Positions 61,701 through 64,000 of a stretch of 64,000 bases of DNA are shown here, in pieces; position 1 is the stretch's first letter; the number at the start of each line of letters is the position of its first letter. The DNA is taken from the NCBI GenBank assembly GCA_965219445.1, contig CBDCNQ010000005.1, forward strand, positions 1,638,420 to 1,702,419. Reading direction: 5' to 3'. The stretch comes from Longimicrobiales bacterium. Lineage in GTDB: Bacteria > Gemmatimonadota > Gemmatimonadetes > Longimicrobiales > Gaopeijiaceae. Made by a program: the position numbers and the translations under genes. The notes beneath the pieces are model-generated. The model made no database searches and was not told the origin of the DNA. It saw nothing but the letters and a program-made list of their open reading frames with translations.

Positions 61701-64000
61701 TGTTCGACCGCGACGAGGACGGTGTGCGCATCGGCGCCAACGCGTTGCGGCTCGCCTCCGGGGCACGGATTCGAAATGAGGTCGGCAGCGACGCGGAGTT
61801 GGACCATGTCGCGCTCGGTCCGCAGTCCGACCACAAGGTTGACGGGAGGGCGGACGTGCCGATGATCCGAGGGATCGAGGTGGTCTCGACGCCGCGGCTG
61901 AGTTCGAAGGGCACCACGACCAGGGACACCTACGGCGAGGGCGAGAACATCCGCATCGAGGTGCGCTTCGACCAGCCGGTGGTGGTCGAGGGCGAGCCGA
62001 CGTTCGCGCTCGAGGTGGGCAATCCCTGCCGGGCGGTGTGCGAGGCCGACTACGCGTCGGGGAGCGGCACGAACACGCTGGTGTTCGCGTACCTGGTGCT
62101 GGAGGTCGACATCGACCGCAACGGCATCGCGATCCGCGGCAACCCGATCGAGGTGGTGTCCGGCGACCGCATCCGCAACGCCGCGGACCAGGAGGCGCAC
62201 CTTTCCTCCAAGGGGAAGGGCACGCAGCGCGGCCACAAGGTGGACGGGTCACGGGCGGCGGGGCCGTACCTGTCGGTGGAGGACGCCGAGGCGCACGAGG
62301 CCGACGGCGAGATGGAGTTCACGGTGCGCCTGGAGCCGCACGGCCTGGGCATCGTGACGGTCGACTACGCGACGGCCGACGGCTCGGGGGACAGGGGCGC
62401 GGTCGCGGGCGAGGACTACACGGAGACGAGCGGCACGCTGAGGTTCAATTCGCTGGAGACGGAGCGGACGGTGTCGGTGCCGATCACGGACGACGACGAG
62501 GAGGACGACGGGGAGACGTTCACGCTGGTGCTGAGCAACGCCTTGGGCGCGGGGCTCGCGGACAACGAGGCGGTGGGCACGATCCGGAACAGCGAGACGA
62601 CGCCGGCGGCGGAGCTGACGGCGGAGTTCCGGGACATGCCGGAGACGCACGACGGGGAGAGCGCGTTCACGTTCCGGGTGGCGTTCAGCGAGGACATCGG
62701 GATCAGCTTCCGCGCGCTGCGCGAGGACGCGTTCACGGTGACCGGGGGCCGTGTGACGCGGGGCACGCGGGTGGACGACCGGCGCGACCTGTTCGAGATG
62801 ACGGTCGAGCCGGACTCGGACGGGGCCGTGACGATCGAGCTGGCGGCGGGCCGCGAGTGCGCGACGTCCGGTGCGATCTGCACCAAGGGCGAGAACCGGC
62901 GGCAGTTGACCAACGGCCCGTCGGCGACGGTGGCGGGTCCGGCGGGCGGCTCGGGGCCGCCGGAGCTGACGGCGTCGTTCGAGGGCATGCCGGCCAAACA
63001 CCGTGGCGAGGGCGGGTTCCACTTCCGGGTGGCGTTCAGCGAGGACATCGGGATCAGCTTCCGGGCGCTGCGCGAGGACGCGTTCACGGTGACCGGGGGC
63101 CGTGCGACGCGGGGCACGCGGGTGGACGACCGGCGCGACCTGTTCGAGATGACGGTGAGGCCGGACTCGGACGGGGACGTGACGATCGAGCTGCCGGCGG
63201 GGCGCGAGTGCGCGACGTCCGGTGCGATCTGCACGAAGGGCGAGAACCGGAGGCAGTTGACCAACAGCCCGTCGGCGACGGTCAAGGGTCCGGCGGCGAG
63301 CTCCGCGGCGGCCGCCCCCGGCTGGCCAGACCGGGCCGCGCGCCTCTGCTCCGCGCTGGGCATTGGAGAGGAGATGACCCGGACATCAATGGTCGCGGCG
63401 TTGTGGGAGGACGGCGATCCCGGCAAAGACCGGCTCGACGCCTTGGACAGTCTCGGCAACGGGAACGGAGGGTATGACCTCGGCGACATGCTCGCCTGGG
63501 CCGCCGCTGCCGCGGGGGTGAGGCATCCGGGCCGGCCGCCGGCTCCGGACCGCCCTCCCCGCCCCCCGCGCTCCCTGCGTCGGGGCCGGCGGGAGGGGCC
63601 AGCTGGCGGCGGAAGCGCGCGCGCGGCCCTGCCCGCCGCCGCCGAACGGTTCCCGACCCACCCGCCACCGGTTCCGCGACCCGCCGGTCCGGGTGGTTGC
63701 GGACGGCGCTGCTGGTGGCGGTGACCTCGGTCTGGGGCTGCGGGGACGGCATCGTCGACCCGCGGAATGACGCACCCCGGTATGACGTAGCCAACGCGTC
63801 GGTCGTGGATCCCGGCCCTCTGCACGTTCGGTTGACGGCCCCGCCGCAGGCCCGCGACATCGGAGCCATGCTGGTGATCGAGGGTCCGGCCATCGACTCG
63901 CTGCAGGCGCCGGGTCTCGAGATGTTCGAGACGGAAGAATCGTCCTCGACGAGACGCGAGGTCGTCATCGCCGGTGCGCTGCCGCCAGACGGGCCCGTGC
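58777..64000 (+). CDS. Giant secreted/surface protein (beta-rich N domain, 2 FN3, 11 LRR, Ig-like repeats, Calx-beta); frameshifts at about 61300 and 63500; runs off the window
   Basis: CAGGAG RBS, long signal ending ATATA-Q; the FN3 frame continues as AAG-FTVTADIVNGRAYTF after one extra G; DYATADG...AVAGEDY (Calx-beta). Confidence 0.85.
60013..60780 (+). repeat. Array of 11 LRR modules of about 72 nt
   Basis: LxxLxxLxLxxNxLxxLPxxxFxG periodicity. Confidence 0.9.
62612..63295 (+). repeat. Tandem ~330-bp domain duplication
   Basis: FRVAFSEDIGISFRALREDAF...GAICTKGENRRQLTN occurs twice, nearly identical at DNA level. Confidence 0.9.

Noticed and set aside
62612..63295. Diversity-generating retroelement TR/VR pair
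   Set aside because: Both copies are in-frame tandem domains, differences are not adenine-specific, and no reverse transcriptase is present.

Overview
High-GC bacterial window that is almost entirely accessory DNA. Sel1, LRR, FN3 and Calx-beta proteins suggest a host-associated (possibly sponge-symbiont, Gemmatimonadota-like) genome; this is inference only. 1-27 kb: a decayed ICE-like VirB/Trb conjugation cluster whose virB4 is split at an 11-bp core (GATCAACCGTC) by a 9.4-kb element. That element carries a P4-like integrase, rluB/upp remnants, a CAT tRNA, a RAPP-leader/TonB-receptor metal-uptake unit, an oriT-like site and a Usp gene. A second, inverted copy of the alpA-virB2-virB3-virB4N-att-integrase head lies at 24-27 kb. 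27-55 kb: a defence-island and IS graveyard with two TIR + membrane-protein modules, a PLD nuclease, HEPN and PIN proteins, a DUF6932/HTH-Zn-peptidase/beta/sce7726 cluster, a third integrase, and a truncated HK97-capsid-like gene coupled to an IS3-interrupted nuclease. 55-64 kb: a Cre-like recombinase bracketed by two identical 32-bp lox-like sites in inverted orientation, placed between a divergent all-in-one sensor kinase/OmpR regulator and a giant LRR/FN3/Calx-beta surface protein; this is a candidate self-inverting phase switch. Family assignments come from motif recognition by eye, with no database searches. Several frameshifts fall in homopolymers and may be sequencing errors.
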